64,000 bases of DNA from an uncultured Flavobacteriales bacterium (GTDB taxonomy: Bacteria; Pseudomonadota; Alphaproteobacteria; UBA8366; JADFVY01). The stretch lies in contig CAYFYY010000014.1 of the NCBI GenBank assembly GCA_964347475.1, forward strand, positions 547 to 64,546, written 5' to 3'. This document shows, one piece after another, positions 23,313 through 32,585 of the stretch. Under the pieces are notes generated by a model. It did not search any database. It was not told the origin of the DNA and was given only the letters and a program-made list of their open reading frames with translations. Every line of letters starts with the position of its first letter. Position 1 is the first letter of the stretch. A program made the position numbers and the translations under genes.

Positions 23313-24227
23313 TTGGGCAACCACCTTCTCTACGCCGCAACGGTCCTGATCTGGGGGTCGACCTGGTATGCCGTCAAAATGCAGCTCGGCACGGTCGACC
23401 CCAATGTCTCGGTGGCCTGGCGCTTCCTCCTCGCCTCGGCCCTCCTGATCGCGTTCTGCGTTGCGACGCGGCGCAGCCTGCGGTTCGGCGCCCGGCACCA
23501 TCTCTACATCGCGGCGCAGGGGCTGTTCCTGTTCTGCCTCAATTACCTGATCTTCTATTACGCGACCTTTCACCTGACGACCGGCGTGATCGCGGTGGTG
23601 TTCTCGCTGATCATGGTGATGAATATCCTCAACGGGGCGGTGCTGTTCGGCATCCGCGTCGAGGCCAGGGTGCTGGCCGCGGCCGGGCTCGGCGTCGCCG
23701 GCCTGGTGCTGGTGTTCTGGCGTGAACTCGCCGCCCTGAACCTGACCAGCGGGCCGGTGTTCGGCCTCATCCTCTCGATCGTCGCGACCTATTCGGCATC
23801 GCTCGGCAACATGGCCTCGCTGCGCAACTCGCGGGCCGGCCTGCCGGTGATCCAGGTGAACGCGCTGGGCATGGCCTACGGCGCCGCGCTGACGACGGTG
23901 CTCGCGCTGCTGCGCGGGGCGCCGTTCACCTTCGACTGGTCGCCCGGCTACGTCGGCTCGCTGCTGTGGCTGGTGTTCCTCGGATCGATCCTCGCCTTCG
24001 GCTGCTACCTGACGCTGCTGGCGCGCATCGGCGCCGACCGCGCGGCCTACACCGCGGCTCTGTTTCCGATCGTCGCGCTGATCATCTCGACCGTCCTCGA
24101 AGATTACGCCTGGACGGCGACGGCGCTGGTCGGCGTCATCCTGATCCTGGGCGGCAACGTGCTGGCCATCGCGCGCCCCAAACAGCGCGCCGCGCCGCGG
24201 CCTCAGCCCGCGGAACCCGCCGGATAG
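23313..24227 (+). CDS. DMT superfamily (EamA-like) transporter
   Basis: 304 aa, 10 predicted helices, TTG start with GGGAGG SD. Confidence 0.88.
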   Translation: MGNHLLYAATVLIWGSTWYAVKMQLGTVDPNVSVAWRFLLASALLIAFCVATRRSLRFGARHHLYIAAQGLFLFCLNYLIFYYATFHLTTGVIAVVFSLIMVMNILNGAVLFGIRVEARVLAAAGLGVAGLVLVFWRELAALNLTSGPVFGLILSIVATYSASLGNMASLRNSRAGLPVIQVNALGMAYGAALTTVLALLRGAPFTFDWSPGYVGSLLWLVFLGSILAFGCYLTLLARIGADRAAYTAALFPIVALIISTVLEDYAWTATALVGVILILGGNVLAIARPKQRAAPRPQPAEPAG

Positions 24228-25426
24228 CGCAGCAGCATCTGGTTGGTGCCGTTGAGCGTGCGATACAGCGCCGCGAACTGGCGCCGAAACTCCGCCGCAT
24301 CGGCGCCGACGACGGCGCGGATCTCGCGCAGGCTGCGGCCCCCGTCGACCGCGCGCAGGATGGCGGGGGCGAGCGGCGGCAGGCGCAGGTTCATCGTGAG
24401 TCCGGCGCCGCTGACCCTGACCCGGCCCTCGGCCCCGATCGCCCCCGCCAGGGCCGGCCCCTCGACCTCGCGGCACACCGGGATCGCCCGCCCGCTCGGC
24501 CGGGCCACCGTGTCCGCCGTCCGCGCCCGCGGCACGCAGTAGAAAGTGTGCTTGCGCAAATGGCCGCTCAGCAGCTCCGCGAAGGCGCAGCGCTGGATCC
24601 ACGACAGGCCGGCGAGTCGCTGCCGCAGCTCCGGGTCGCTGACGAACGTGTCGGGATCGTAGAGCGCCGGTTCGATGAAGGCGACCGGGCGCAGGCCGGC
24701 CCGCTCCAGCTCGTCCGCCAGTTCCGGCACGCGGTAGGCGCGGTCGCGGGCATGCAGCAGCATGTCGAACAGCGCCGCGTCCTCGCCCGTGTAGTCGCCG
24801 ATCGCGGTATTGCGCTTCAGCCAGTTGCTCGGCGGCAGCTCGGCGACCAGCTTGCGGGCCACGGCGACGCGCTCCTCGTTGGGTCCGTCGGCGGCGATCA
24901 TCCGCAGCATGTCCTGGGCGTGGTACACGCCGGTCCGGCCGATCTCGCCATAGACCATGGCGCCCATGCCGCCGTCCGCCTTCAGCGCGCCAGCCAGCGC
25001 CCTGAAGCCGGCGGACGGGTCCGGCAGGTGGTGCAGCACGCCGCAGCAGTCGATGTAGTCGAACGATCCGTGTTGCGCGGCGTCGAGCAGCGATCCGGTG
25101 TGGAAGGCGATGCTGTCGAGGCCGCGGATGCGCGCCCGCGCCTCGGCGATCTCCCGGCTCGCGGCCGACAGGTCGAGGTAGTGGATTTCGGCTGGACAGC
25201 CGCGGTCGGCCAGCTGCTGCGCCAGCATGATCAGGCCGTCGCCGGTGCCGCCGCCGGCGACAAGCACCCGGAACGGCGCCGACCAGTCGCGCGCGCCGGC
25301 GTAGATATAGTGGTCGATCTCCAGGATATGGCTCGGCGTGCCGGTGATCAGCCGCTTGCGCTCTTCCTCCGGGTCGCGCGGCGGATAGGGCAGGTCCTCG
25401 TACTGCGCGCGGACGGGATCGGTCAC
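24203..25426 (-). CDS. class I SAM-dependent methyltransferase
   Basis: VLVAGGGTGDG motif I and CCGVLHHLPDP. 407 aa. Confidence 0.85.
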   Translation of the reverse strand: MTDPVRAQYEDLPYPPRDPEEERKRLITGTPSHILEIDHYIYAGARDWSAPFRVLVAGGGTGDGLIMLAQQLADRGCPAEIHYLDLSAASREIAEARARIRGLDSIAFHTGSLLDAAQHGSFDYIDCCGVLHHLPDPSAGFRALAGALKADGGMGAMVYGEIGRTGVYHAQDMLRMIAADGPNEERVAVARKLVAELPPSNWLKRNTAIGDYTGEDAALFDMLLHARDRAYRVPELADELERAGLRPVAFIEPALYDPDTFVSDPELRQRLAGLSWIQRCAFAELLSGHLRKHTFYCVPRARTADTVARPSGRAIPVCREVEGPALAGAIGAEGRVRVSGAGLTMNLRLPPLAPAILRAVDGGRSLREIRAVVGADAAEFRRQFAALYRTLNGTNQMLLRYPAGSAG

Positions 25427-25429
25427 GCC

Positions 25430-26410
25430 TCACCCTCCCATGGTGATGACCGTCTTGCCGATCGCCCGGCGGTCCGACAGGCTCGCCAGGGCGGCCGGTG
25501 TCTGTTCCAGCGGGAAGGTGGCGCCGACCAGCGGCTTCAGCCGCCCCGCCTCGTACATGCCCTTCAGCTGCGTGAACGAATCGCGCAGCACCTGAATCCT
25601 GTGCGTCGCATAGGCGCCCCAGTAGTAGCCGATGGCCGAGATGTTCTTGACCAGCAGGATGTTGGCCGGGATGCGCTGGATCTTGCCGCCGGCGAAGCCG
25701 ACGATGATGATGCGGGCCTCGAACGCCGCGCAGCGCAGCGAGGCGTTGAAGGCATCGCCGCCGACCGGATCGTAGATCACGTTGGCGCCGGCGCCGCCGG
25801 TCAGCGCCCGCACCCGCTCGTGGATCGCCTCGGCCGCCGGGTCGAGCACGTGGTCGGCGCCGTACTCGGCGACGACGCGCCGCTTCTCCGGCGTCGAGGC
25901 GACGCCGATGACCGTGGCGCCCAGCGCCTTGCCGATTTCGACGGCCGAAAGTCCGGCGCCGCCGGCCGCCCCGTGCACGAGCAGGGTTTCGCCGGGCAGG
26001 AGTTTCGTGCGGTGGGTCAGGGCGACGTGGCTCGTCCCGTAGACGATGGGCGAGGCCGCCGCCGCCTCGTAGCTCATGCCCTGGGGCATCTGCATGAGCC
26101 GCGAATGGTGCGCCAGCACCTCCTCGGCGAACGCGCCGTGGTCGAGCACCGCGATGGCGCGGTCGCCCGGTTTGAACCACCTGATGTTGGCGCCGGCCTC
26201 GACGACGTCGCCGGCGACCTCCATGCCGGGCGTGAACGGCAGGGGCGGTGTCGCCTGGTAACGGCCGCGCACCATCAGCGTGTCGGCGAAGTTGACCCCG
26301 GCGGCGCGGACCCGGATGCGGACCTCGTCGGGTCCCGGCTGCGGCGACGGCACCTCGGCCAGGCGTGCCGCTTCCGGCCCGCCGAACGCTTCGACCCTGA
26401 TCGCACGCAT
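25430..26410 (-). CDS. NADPH:quinone oxidoreductase (MDR/zeta-crystallin family)
   Basis: 327 aa from MRAIRVEAFGGPE. Contains GVNFADTLMVRGRY and VHGAAGGAGL. The track ORF's upstream extension was discarded. Confidence 0.9.
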   Translation of the reverse strand: MRAIRVEAFGGPEAARLAEVPSPQPGPDEVRIRVRAAGVNFADTLMVRGRYQATPPLPFTPGMEVAGDVVEAGANIRWFKPGDRAIAVLDHGAFAEEVLAHHSRLMQMPQGMSYEAAAASPIVYGTSHVALTHRTKLLPGETLLVHGAAGGAGLSAVEIGKALGATVIGVASTPEKRRVVAEYGADHVLDPAAEAIHERVRALTGGAGANVIYDPVGGDAFNASLRCAAFEARIIIVGFAGGKIQRIPANILLVKNISAIGYYWGAYATHRIQVLRDSFTQLKGMYEAGRLKPLVGATFPLEQTPAALASLSDRRAIGKTVITMGG

Positions 26411-26558
26411 CGCGAACTGCCTCTCGTGAATTCGCAACCCTGCCGCCGAGAAGGCCATCCCGCGCCGGAAATTGCAAGGTCCCTGTGTCGCCCCGGTGCC
26501 GGGTTGACCGGGCGTCCGCTTGTGCCACACTGGCTCGAGCCACCGCGGGAGGGCCGCC

Positions 26559-28235
26559 ATGACCGCAACGCCGGGACACGAGACCCACGAGGTCTTCAAC
26601 CAGTCGCCGCCCCTGGCCGACCACAACGTCTTCGAGACCGACCGCTGCCTCGCCGCGGCGGTCGAGCGCGAAGGGGCCGCCTGGGCGCGCGACGACCTCG
26701 TGCGGCTGGGCGCCGTGGCCGGGGCTGCCGAGACCCAGCACCAGGCCCGGCTCGCACATGCGGTCCCGCCGGTGCTGCATACGCACGATGCCGCCGGCAA
26801 CCGCATCGATGCGGTCGAATTCCACCCGGCCTGGCATGCGCTGATGGCGGCCGGCATGGCGGCCGGCGTGCATTCGCTGGCATGGACCGACGCGCGGCCC
26901 GGCGCCCACGTCGCCCGCGCCGCCCTCGCCTTCGTGATGAACCAGGCCGAGAACGGCGTGTGCTGCCCGCTCGCGATGACCTTCGCCGCGGTGCCGGCGC
27001 TGCGCCGCCAGACGGACGTGGCCGAGACCTGGGTGCCGCGCGTCACCGGCCGCGACTACGACGGGCGGCCCATCCCGGCGGAGGACAAGACGGCGTGCAC
27101 CATGGGCATGGCGATGACCGAGAAGCAGGGCGGCTCGGACGTCCGCGCCAACACGACGACGGCGGCACCGGCCGGCAAGGCGGGCGGCCCCGGCGCCGCG
27201 TATCTCCTGACCGGCCACAAGTGGTTCTGCTCGGCGCCGATGTCGGATGCGTTCCTGACGCTGGCGCAGGCGCCCGACGGGCTGAGCTGCTTCCTGGTGC
27301 CGCGCTTCCGCCCGGACGGCACCCGCAATGCGTTCCTCATCCAGCGCCTGAAGGACAAGCTGGGCAACCGTTCCAATGCGTCGGCCGAGATCGAGTATCG
27401 CGGCACCTGGGGCCGCATGGTCGGCGAGGAGGGCCGTGGCGTCGCGACGATCCTCGAGATGGTGCAGCACACGCGGCTCGACGCCGCGGTCTCGGCGGCG
27501 GCGATCATGCGCCAGGCGGTCGGCCTTGCGATCCACCATTGCGACCACCGCTCGGCGTTCCAGCGCCGCCTGATCGACCAGCCGCTGATGCGCGCCGTGC
27601 TCGCCGACCTGGTGCTCGACTCGACGGCGGCGACGCTGCTGGTCATGCGCCTGGCCGGCGCCTTCGACCGCGGCCATGGCGGTGATGCGGGCGAGGCCGC
27701 GCTGGCGCGTCTCGGCGCCGCGGTGGTCAAGTACTGGGTGTGCAAGCGCACCCCGCCGGCCGTCTTCGAGGCGCTCGAATGCCACGGCGGCAACGGCTAC
27801 GTCGAGGAGTCGGTGGTCGCCCGGCTGTACCGCGAGGCCCCGGTCAACAGCGTTTGGGAGGGGTCCGGCAACGTGATCTGCCTCGATGCACTGCGCGCCA
27901 TCGAGCGCGAGCCCGACTCGCTCGAGTCGCTTCGTGCCGACATCGCCAAGGCGAAGGGCGCAGACCCCCGATTCGATGCCTTCGTCGCCGGACTCGAGTT
28001 GCTGCTGGCCGACCGCACGGGGCTCGAGCCGCGGGCCCGGGACCTGACCGGCCGGCTCGCGCTGGCCCAGGCCGCTTCGCTGCTGCTGCGGCACGCCCCG
28101 GCCGCCCTTGCCGGCGCGTTCTGCGCCAGCCGCCTGGGCGACGACGCAACCTTCAGCGCCCAGGCTTACGGCGCGCTGCCGCCGGATGCGGCGGTGCAGG
28201 ACATCATCGCCTACGGGCGGATCGCGTCCGACTGA
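26559..28235 (+). CDS. acyl-CoA dehydrogenase family protein, AidB-like
   Basis: 558 aa. N-terminal HEVFNQSPPL..., then MTEKQGGSDV and ECHGGNGYVEES. Confidence 0.88.
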   Translation: MTATPGHETHEVFNQSPPLADHNVFETDRCLAAAVEREGAAWARDDLVRLGAVAGAAETQHQARLAHAVPPVLHTHDAAGNRIDAVEFHPAWHALMAAGMAAGVHSLAWTDARPGAHVARAALAFVMNQAENGVCCPLAMTFAAVPALRRQTDVAETWVPRVTGRDYDGRPIPAEDKTACTMGMAMTEKQGGSDVRANTTTAAPAGKAGGPGAAYLLTGHKWFCSAPMSDAFLTLAQAPDGLSCFLVPRFRPDGTRNAFLIQRLKDKLGNRSNASAEIEYRGTWGRMVGEEGRGVATILEMVQHTRLDAAVSAAAIMRQAVGLAIHHCDHRSAFQRRLIDQPLMRAVLADLVLDSTAATLLVMRLAGAFDRGHGGDAGEAALARLGAAVVKYWVCKRTPPAVFEALECHGGNGYVEESVVARLYREAPVNSVWEGSGNVICLDALRAIEREPDSLESLRADIAKAKGADPRFDAFVAGLELLLADRTGLEPRARDLTGRLALAQAASLLLRHAPAALAGAFCASRLGDDATFSAQAYGALPPDAAVQDIIAYGRIASD

Positions 28236-28398
28236 CCGGACCGTGGGTCGTCTGCCGTTGCAACCCAAAGGCGAGAGTCGGCCCTTGGCGCCGCACGCGT
28301 CGCCCATCAAATATTAATGAGTACTAATATAATAAGGGGCCGGATACTTGGCGTCTACATGGCCGTCCATGAATAGGGCAAGGGAAGCGATCCCGGAA

Positions 28399-28412
28399 TT
28401 TGACATAGATCA
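28399..28412. promoter_or_regulatory. near-consensus FNR/FixK box
   Basis: TTGAC-ATAG-ATCAA (9/10 to TTGAT-N4-ATCAA). A TGGTTAATT -10-like element starts 22-25 nt downstream. Confidence 0.5.
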
Positions 28413-28828
28413 ATTTTCCCCAGCCTCAAACGCTGGTTAATTATTCGGTAAGAATTATAAGCGTACGCATGAACAGCCCCGGTTATCGGGGGCGCACGAC
28501 CAGATTCCGCCACTGCCTCGGCCCCGACATGCAGGTAGACGTGACCGCAACGAATTGTTGTAACCGGCGATTGCCGGTGAGCGCGAGCGCGCCCGCGGGG
28601 CCGTCCGGACGACGGCCCGCGCGCCGCTGGTGCCGGTCCGGCATGCGGAAAGGGTCGGCGCCCGTCGTGGCATATTGCCACGGGGCGAATCGCTCAAGCC
28701 GCCGCGACGTCGAACCAATTCACCGAATTTTCCATGACTTTGTTGGCGTTGCATTCGGGAAATTGGTTCGGGTTGCAGAAGTGCGGAAGAAATGTCGATC
28801 AATTGTCGCGATCGGCAGACAGCAAAAA

Positions 28829-28842
28829 TTGATCTACCTCAT
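28829..28842. promoter_or_regulatory. weaker FNR/FixK-like half-conserved box
   Basis: TTGAT-CTAC-CTCAT (TTGA-N6-TCAt). Confidence 0.2.
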
Positions 28843-28973
28843 ATTTCGTGTGGTTTTTGTCGGCTACAGACGAAGTCATATTCTTTATTCCGTTTTCGAC
28901 CTGGTATTGCACGTAAAGGTTTGCGCCATGCCGACTGGGCCTGCGGAATTTCTTCGGTCTGGCAGCAGTGCCG

Positions 28974-28994
28974 GATCCGGTCCCGGACCGGATC
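28974..28994. promoter_or_regulatory. 21-bp palindrome about 120 nt upstream of the decahaem gene
   Basis: GATCCGGTC-CCG-GACCGGATC, perfect 9-bp arms. Confidence 0.3.
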
Positions 28995-29112
28995 GGGGCG
29001 CCCCCGCGCAACACAGCGATCGGAAACATCCCGATTTCATCAAAGATGAGACGAACCAGTGGCCGGCGCCCCCGGCTGCCCGTGTTAGCAACCCCAACTT
29101 GGAGACGTTCAC

Positions 29113-30069
29113 ATGACCGGTCCAGCAAGGTTCTTGACTGCAGCGGTTGCGGCAATGCTGCCGCTTGCCGCGCTGCTGTCTGCAGGAAGCGTCCAGGCGC
29201 AGGAGGGCACCGCGGCCCAACCGGTGCAACTGGCCCAGGCCGCGACCGTGGGCTCCGAGGTCTGCCTCGAATGCCATGACGAGGCGCCGACCAACCTCAT
29301 TCTGCGCACGCCGCACGCCCAGACGGCGGACAGCCGCACCCCGTTCGCGCGCGGCGGCTGCGAGACCTGCCACGGCCCGGGCGGCAACCACGCCGACAAC
29401 CCGAGCGTGCCGATCGGCGTCAAGTTCGGGGCCGGGTCCGAGACCACGGCGTCGGCGCAGAACGAGGTCTGCCTGACCTGCCACCAGGGCGGCAAGCGCA
29501 TCAACTGGCAGATGAGCCAGCACGCCTCGGCCGACCGGACCTGCGCGTCGTGCCACAACGTGCACTCGAAGAAGGACAGGATGCTCGTCAAGGCGAAGCA
29601 GGCCGACGTCTGCTTCGGCTGCCACAGGGAGCAGAGGGCGCAGTCGCTGAAGCGCTCCCACCATCCGATCCAGGAAGGCAAGGTGGTGTGCTCCGACTGC
29701 CACAACCCGCACGGCTCCTTCGGGCCGAGCCAGCTGAAGAAGAACAGCGTCAACGAGACCTGCTTCCAGTGCCATGCGGAAAAACGCGGCCCGTTCCTGT
29801 GGGAGCATGCGCCGGTCGTCGACAACTGCGCGAACTGCCACGTGCCGCACGGCTCGTCGCAGCCGCGGATGCTGAAGGTGCGTACGCCCATGCTGTGTCA
29901 GCAGTGCCACACCGAAGGATTCCATCCGAGCACGGCGTACGGCGCGCAACATCTGCCGCCGAACGCGCTTTCGAACAGCTCGTCGCGGATCCTGGCCAAG
30001 GGATGCTTGAACTGCCACCCGGCGATCCACGGCACAAACCATCCATCCGGCCCGCGGCTGACCCGCTAG
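29113..30069 (+). CDS. periplasmic decahaem c-type cytochrome, MtrA/DmsE/PioA/MtoA family
   Basis: 318 aa with a signal peptide. Exactly ten CXXCH motifs: CLECH, CETCH, CLTCH, CASCH, CFGCH, CSDCH, CFQCH, CANCH, CQQCH, CLNCH. Confidence 0.93.
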   Translation: MTGPARFLTAAVAAMLPLAALLSAGSVQAQEGTAAQPVQLAQAATVGSEVCLECHDEAPTNLILRTPHAQTADSRTPFARGGCETCHGPGGNHADNPSVPIGVKFGAGSETTASAQNEVCLTCHQGGKRINWQMSQHASADRTCASCHNVHSKKDRMLVKAKQADVCFGCHREQRAQSLKRSHHPIQEGKVVCSDCHNPHGSFGPSQLKKNSVNETCFQCHAEKRGPFLWEHAPVVDNCANCHVPHGSSQPRMLKVRTPMLCQQCHTEGFHPSTAYGAQHLPPNALSNSSSRILAKGCLNCHPAIHGTNHPSGPRLTR

Positions 30070-30121
30070 CGCCACTCGATTCACGGTTTTCCATTCGCGC
30101 TTCGCGATAGGAGGTAAGGTT

Positions 30122-32359
30122 ATGAAGAGCAGCAAATCGAAGTTCCTGCTGGTGTCGCTCGCGCTCAGCACATGGCCGATGAGCGCCATGGCGCAGCAGG
30201 CGTCACCGGTCACCGCCAGCGGCGAGGTCGAGGTGGGAATCGGCTGGGTCACCGAAGACTCGTTTGAATTCGGGAAATTCACGGGCCTCGAGGAGAGCGG
30301 AGCATACTTCGTCGGCAATATTGAGTACCTGAGGCGTTCGCCATACGATGGCGACAGCACGACCTATTTCGAGCTTCAGGGAAACAATCTCGGGCTCGAT
30401 TCGCGATCCGTATACGTGGAGGGTGGCAGACAGGGCCGCTTCAGCGTCTACGGCGAATACGACGCGATCCCCCATCTGCGCTTCGACGACGGGCAAACGC
30501 CGTATTCGGGCGCCGGCAGCACCAATCTGAGCCTCCCGCCCGGATGGGTGCCGGGCGGCGATACTTCGGGACTGACAAATCTAACGGCCAGTCTTCGGGG
30601 TCTCGAAATCGAGACCGAACGGGAGCGCATCGGCGCCGGATTTTCGTTCATTGTCAATCCGAGCTGGACGCTTTCGACCGCGTTCCGGAGCGAGGAGAAG
30701 ACGGGCATCGACACGATCGCCGGTATCTTCGGGTCGACCGGCGGCAACATGCGCTCTGCAGTCCTGCCAAGGCCGGTCGATTACACCACCCACCAGGCCG
30801 AGATGGCTGTCGGCTACAGCACCGACCGGCTGCAGGCGGATATCCGCTACAACCTGTCGCTGTTCGACAACAACAAGAACTCGCTGACCTGGGACAATCC
30901 CTACACCGCGAACGCGGCATGGGACCCGAGTCAGGACTTCAACAACGGCGGCCAGGGACGCATGGCGCTCGAGCCCAACAACAGTGCCCACAATCTCAGT
31001 GTCTCGCTCGGCTACATGTTGGGCGAGCAGACCCGGCTTGCGGGCACCCTTTCGCTTGGCCGCATGATTCAGGATGACGATTTCCTGCCGTACACGGTCA
31101 ACCCGAACCTGACGGACTCGACCGGACTCAATCCGCCGTTGCCCCTGCCCCGGAGCAGTCTCGACGGCGAAGTCAACACCATCCATGCGACCCTCGGCGT
31201 GACCACCAGGCTGACGCAGAACGCAGACCTGAAGGCGGCCTACACGTATGACAATCGGGACAACCAGACGCCGGTCGACACGTTTCTGACGATCCCGAAC
31301 GACTCGATCGATCAGGGTACGACCGCGGACGCCAGGGCACGGCGCAACAGGCCGTACAGCGTCCAGACCCACAAGGTGGAGCTGGAAGCGGGGTATCGTC
31401 TGACGGAGGATACCAAGCTGACCGCGGAGTACGAATTCGAGGCGGTCAACCGCGACCTGCAGGAGGTGGATGACACCACCGAGCACACCTTGGGCGCCAA
31501 GGTCCGCTCGTCGCTCACGCAGACATTGAGCGGCTCGTTTTCCTATGCCTTCTCGACGCGGAGCGGCTCGACCTATGATACCACGCTGCCGTACCTCGTG
31601 AGCCACGACCCTGACTATCTCACCAACACGGCCACATTGCCGGACGACGCCTACGAGCAGAACCCCTATCTGCGGAAATACTATATGGCCGACCGGCAGC
31701 AGCATTTCATCAAAGGCGGCCTGACCTACTTCCCGAGCGACCGGCTGGTGCTGGGCCTGAACGGCTCCTACAGGCTGGCCAACTATGACGACAGCGTCCT
31801 GGGCCTCACGGATTCGAGCTACGGAAGCGCGACGATCGACGCGAGCTACACTGCGTCGAGAAGTGTCGCCCTGTCCGGTTTCCTCACCTATGACATGATG
31901 GAAAGCGTACAGGTGGGATGGCAGCGCCCGGGATTCGTCACGATTCTGCCCACCACCCCGGTGGACACTGCCTCCCTGTGGGAGGAGACGATCACCGACC
32001 AGGGCATTACGGCCGGGTTCGAGGTCGCGTGGTCCGCGATCGAGGACTCGCTCGATATCGTGCTCGACTACGCTTACTCCAATATCGAAACCGAGTTCAA
32101 GTTCGCGACGAGTCTCGCCGGTGTCCTGCCGCCGCCGGACCTTACGTCGGAGCTGCATTCGGTCGGTATTCGCGGCGACTACCAACTGAGGGAGGGGTTG
32201 ACCGTCCGCCTCGGCTACCGGTACGAGACGCTCGAGGTCGAGGACTTCGCCCTCGATAACGTCGACGAGGTGATCGCGCCGGCCGTGTTCGCGCTCGGCA
32301 ATGCGAGCCCGGAGTACGACGCGCACGTCGTCGCCGGCTCGCTGATAGTCAACTTCTGA
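30122..32359 (+). CDS. MtrB/PioB family decahaem-associated outer-membrane beta-barrel
   Basis: 745 aa. Signal peptide ...MSAMAQQ. N-terminal GEVEVGIGWVTEDSFEFGKFTGLEESG... and C-terminal ...AGSLIVNF, typical of this porin family. Directly downstream of the decahaem gene. Confidence 0.88.
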   Translation: MKSSKSKFLLVSLALSTWPMSAMAQQASPVTASGEVEVGIGWVTEDSFEFGKFTGLEESGAYFVGNIEYLRRSPYDGDSTTYFELQGNNLGLDSRSVYVEGGRQGRFSVYGEYDAIPHLRFDDGQTPYSGAGSTNLSLPPGWVPGGDTSGLTNLTASLRGLEIETERERIGAGFSFIVNPSWTLSTAFRSEEKTGIDTIAGIFGSTGGNMRSAVLPRPVDYTTHQAEMAVGYSTDRLQADIRYNLSLFDNNKNSLTWDNPYTANAAWDPSQDFNNGGQGRMALEPNNSAHNLSVSLGYMLGEQTRLAGTLSLGRMIQDDDFLPYTVNPNLTDSTGLNPPLPLPRSSLDGEVNTIHATLGVTTRLTQNADLKAAYTYDNRDNQTPVDTFLTIPNDSIDQGTTADARARRNRPYSVQTHKVELEAGYRLTEDTKLTAEYEFEAVNRDLQEVDDTTEHTLGAKVRSSLTQTLSGSFSYAFSTRSGSTYDTTLPYLVSHDPDYLTNTATLPDDAYEQNPYLRKYYMADRQQHFIKGGLTYFPSDRLVLGLNGSYRLANYDDSVLGLTDSSYGSATIDASYTASRSVALSGFLTYDMMESVQVGWQRPGFVTILPTTPVDTASLWEETITDQGITAGFEVAWSAIEDSLDIVLDYAYSNIETEFKFATSLAGVLPPPDLTSELHSVGIRGDYQLREGLTVRLGYRYETLEVEDFALDNVDEVIAPAVFALGNASPEYDAHVVAGSLIVNF

Positions 32360-32427
32360 CCGCCAGGTCCGGTCCACAACACGGCCCCGCCGGGGGGTAC
32401 AGCCCGGAACACAAGAGCCTCCTCACT

Positions 32428-32456
32428 GGCGCCGCCCCCGATCAAGGGGCGGCGCC
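32428..32456 (+). terminator. 11-bp GC hairpin between the porin gene and cydA
   Basis: GGCGCCGCCCC-CGATCAA-GGGGCGGCGCC. No clear U tract. Confidence 0.5.
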
Positions 32457-32521
32457 GCTCCATTGCGCCCGACCGGCCCGAAGCGCCGCCGCAGGGCCGC
32501 CCGCTCCGGCGATGCCGGGGG

Positions 32522-32549
32522 TTGAACGGGCCGCGCGTCGGGCTATGGT
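32522..32549 (+). promoter_or_regulatory. candidate sigma-70 promoter of cydAB
   Basis: TTGAAC-N16-TATGGT, about 37 nt upstream of the cydA ATG. Confidence 0.3.
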
Positions 32550-32585
32550 AGAGCGGGATACCTGGCGACACTTGGAGGGCCGGCG

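Noticed and set aside
22935-28310. 1791-aa minus-strand ORF, the longest in the track
   Set aside because: It runs antisense to or out of frame across six well-supported genes on both strands. The translation is an Arg/Gly/Ala/Pro-rich string with no domain pattern. This is the classic stop-codon-poor frame of high-GC DNA.
28440-29112. Possible cobalamin or cyclic-dinucleotide (GEMM) riboswitch in the leader of the decahaem operon
   Set aside because: I looked for the B12-box/GCCACTG core and for the GEMM GNRA-tetraloop/receptor pattern with the ACGCAAAGCC-like core and did not find them. Only generic hairpins are present. A covariance-model scan is needed to be sure.
28355-29116. ORFs 28355..28681(-), 28455..28802(-), 28469..29116(+) and 28799..29155(-) inside the long leader
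   Set aside because: They have no SD, mutually overlap, are Arg-rich or low-complexity, and show no recognisable family. The region is treated as non-coding pending blastx.
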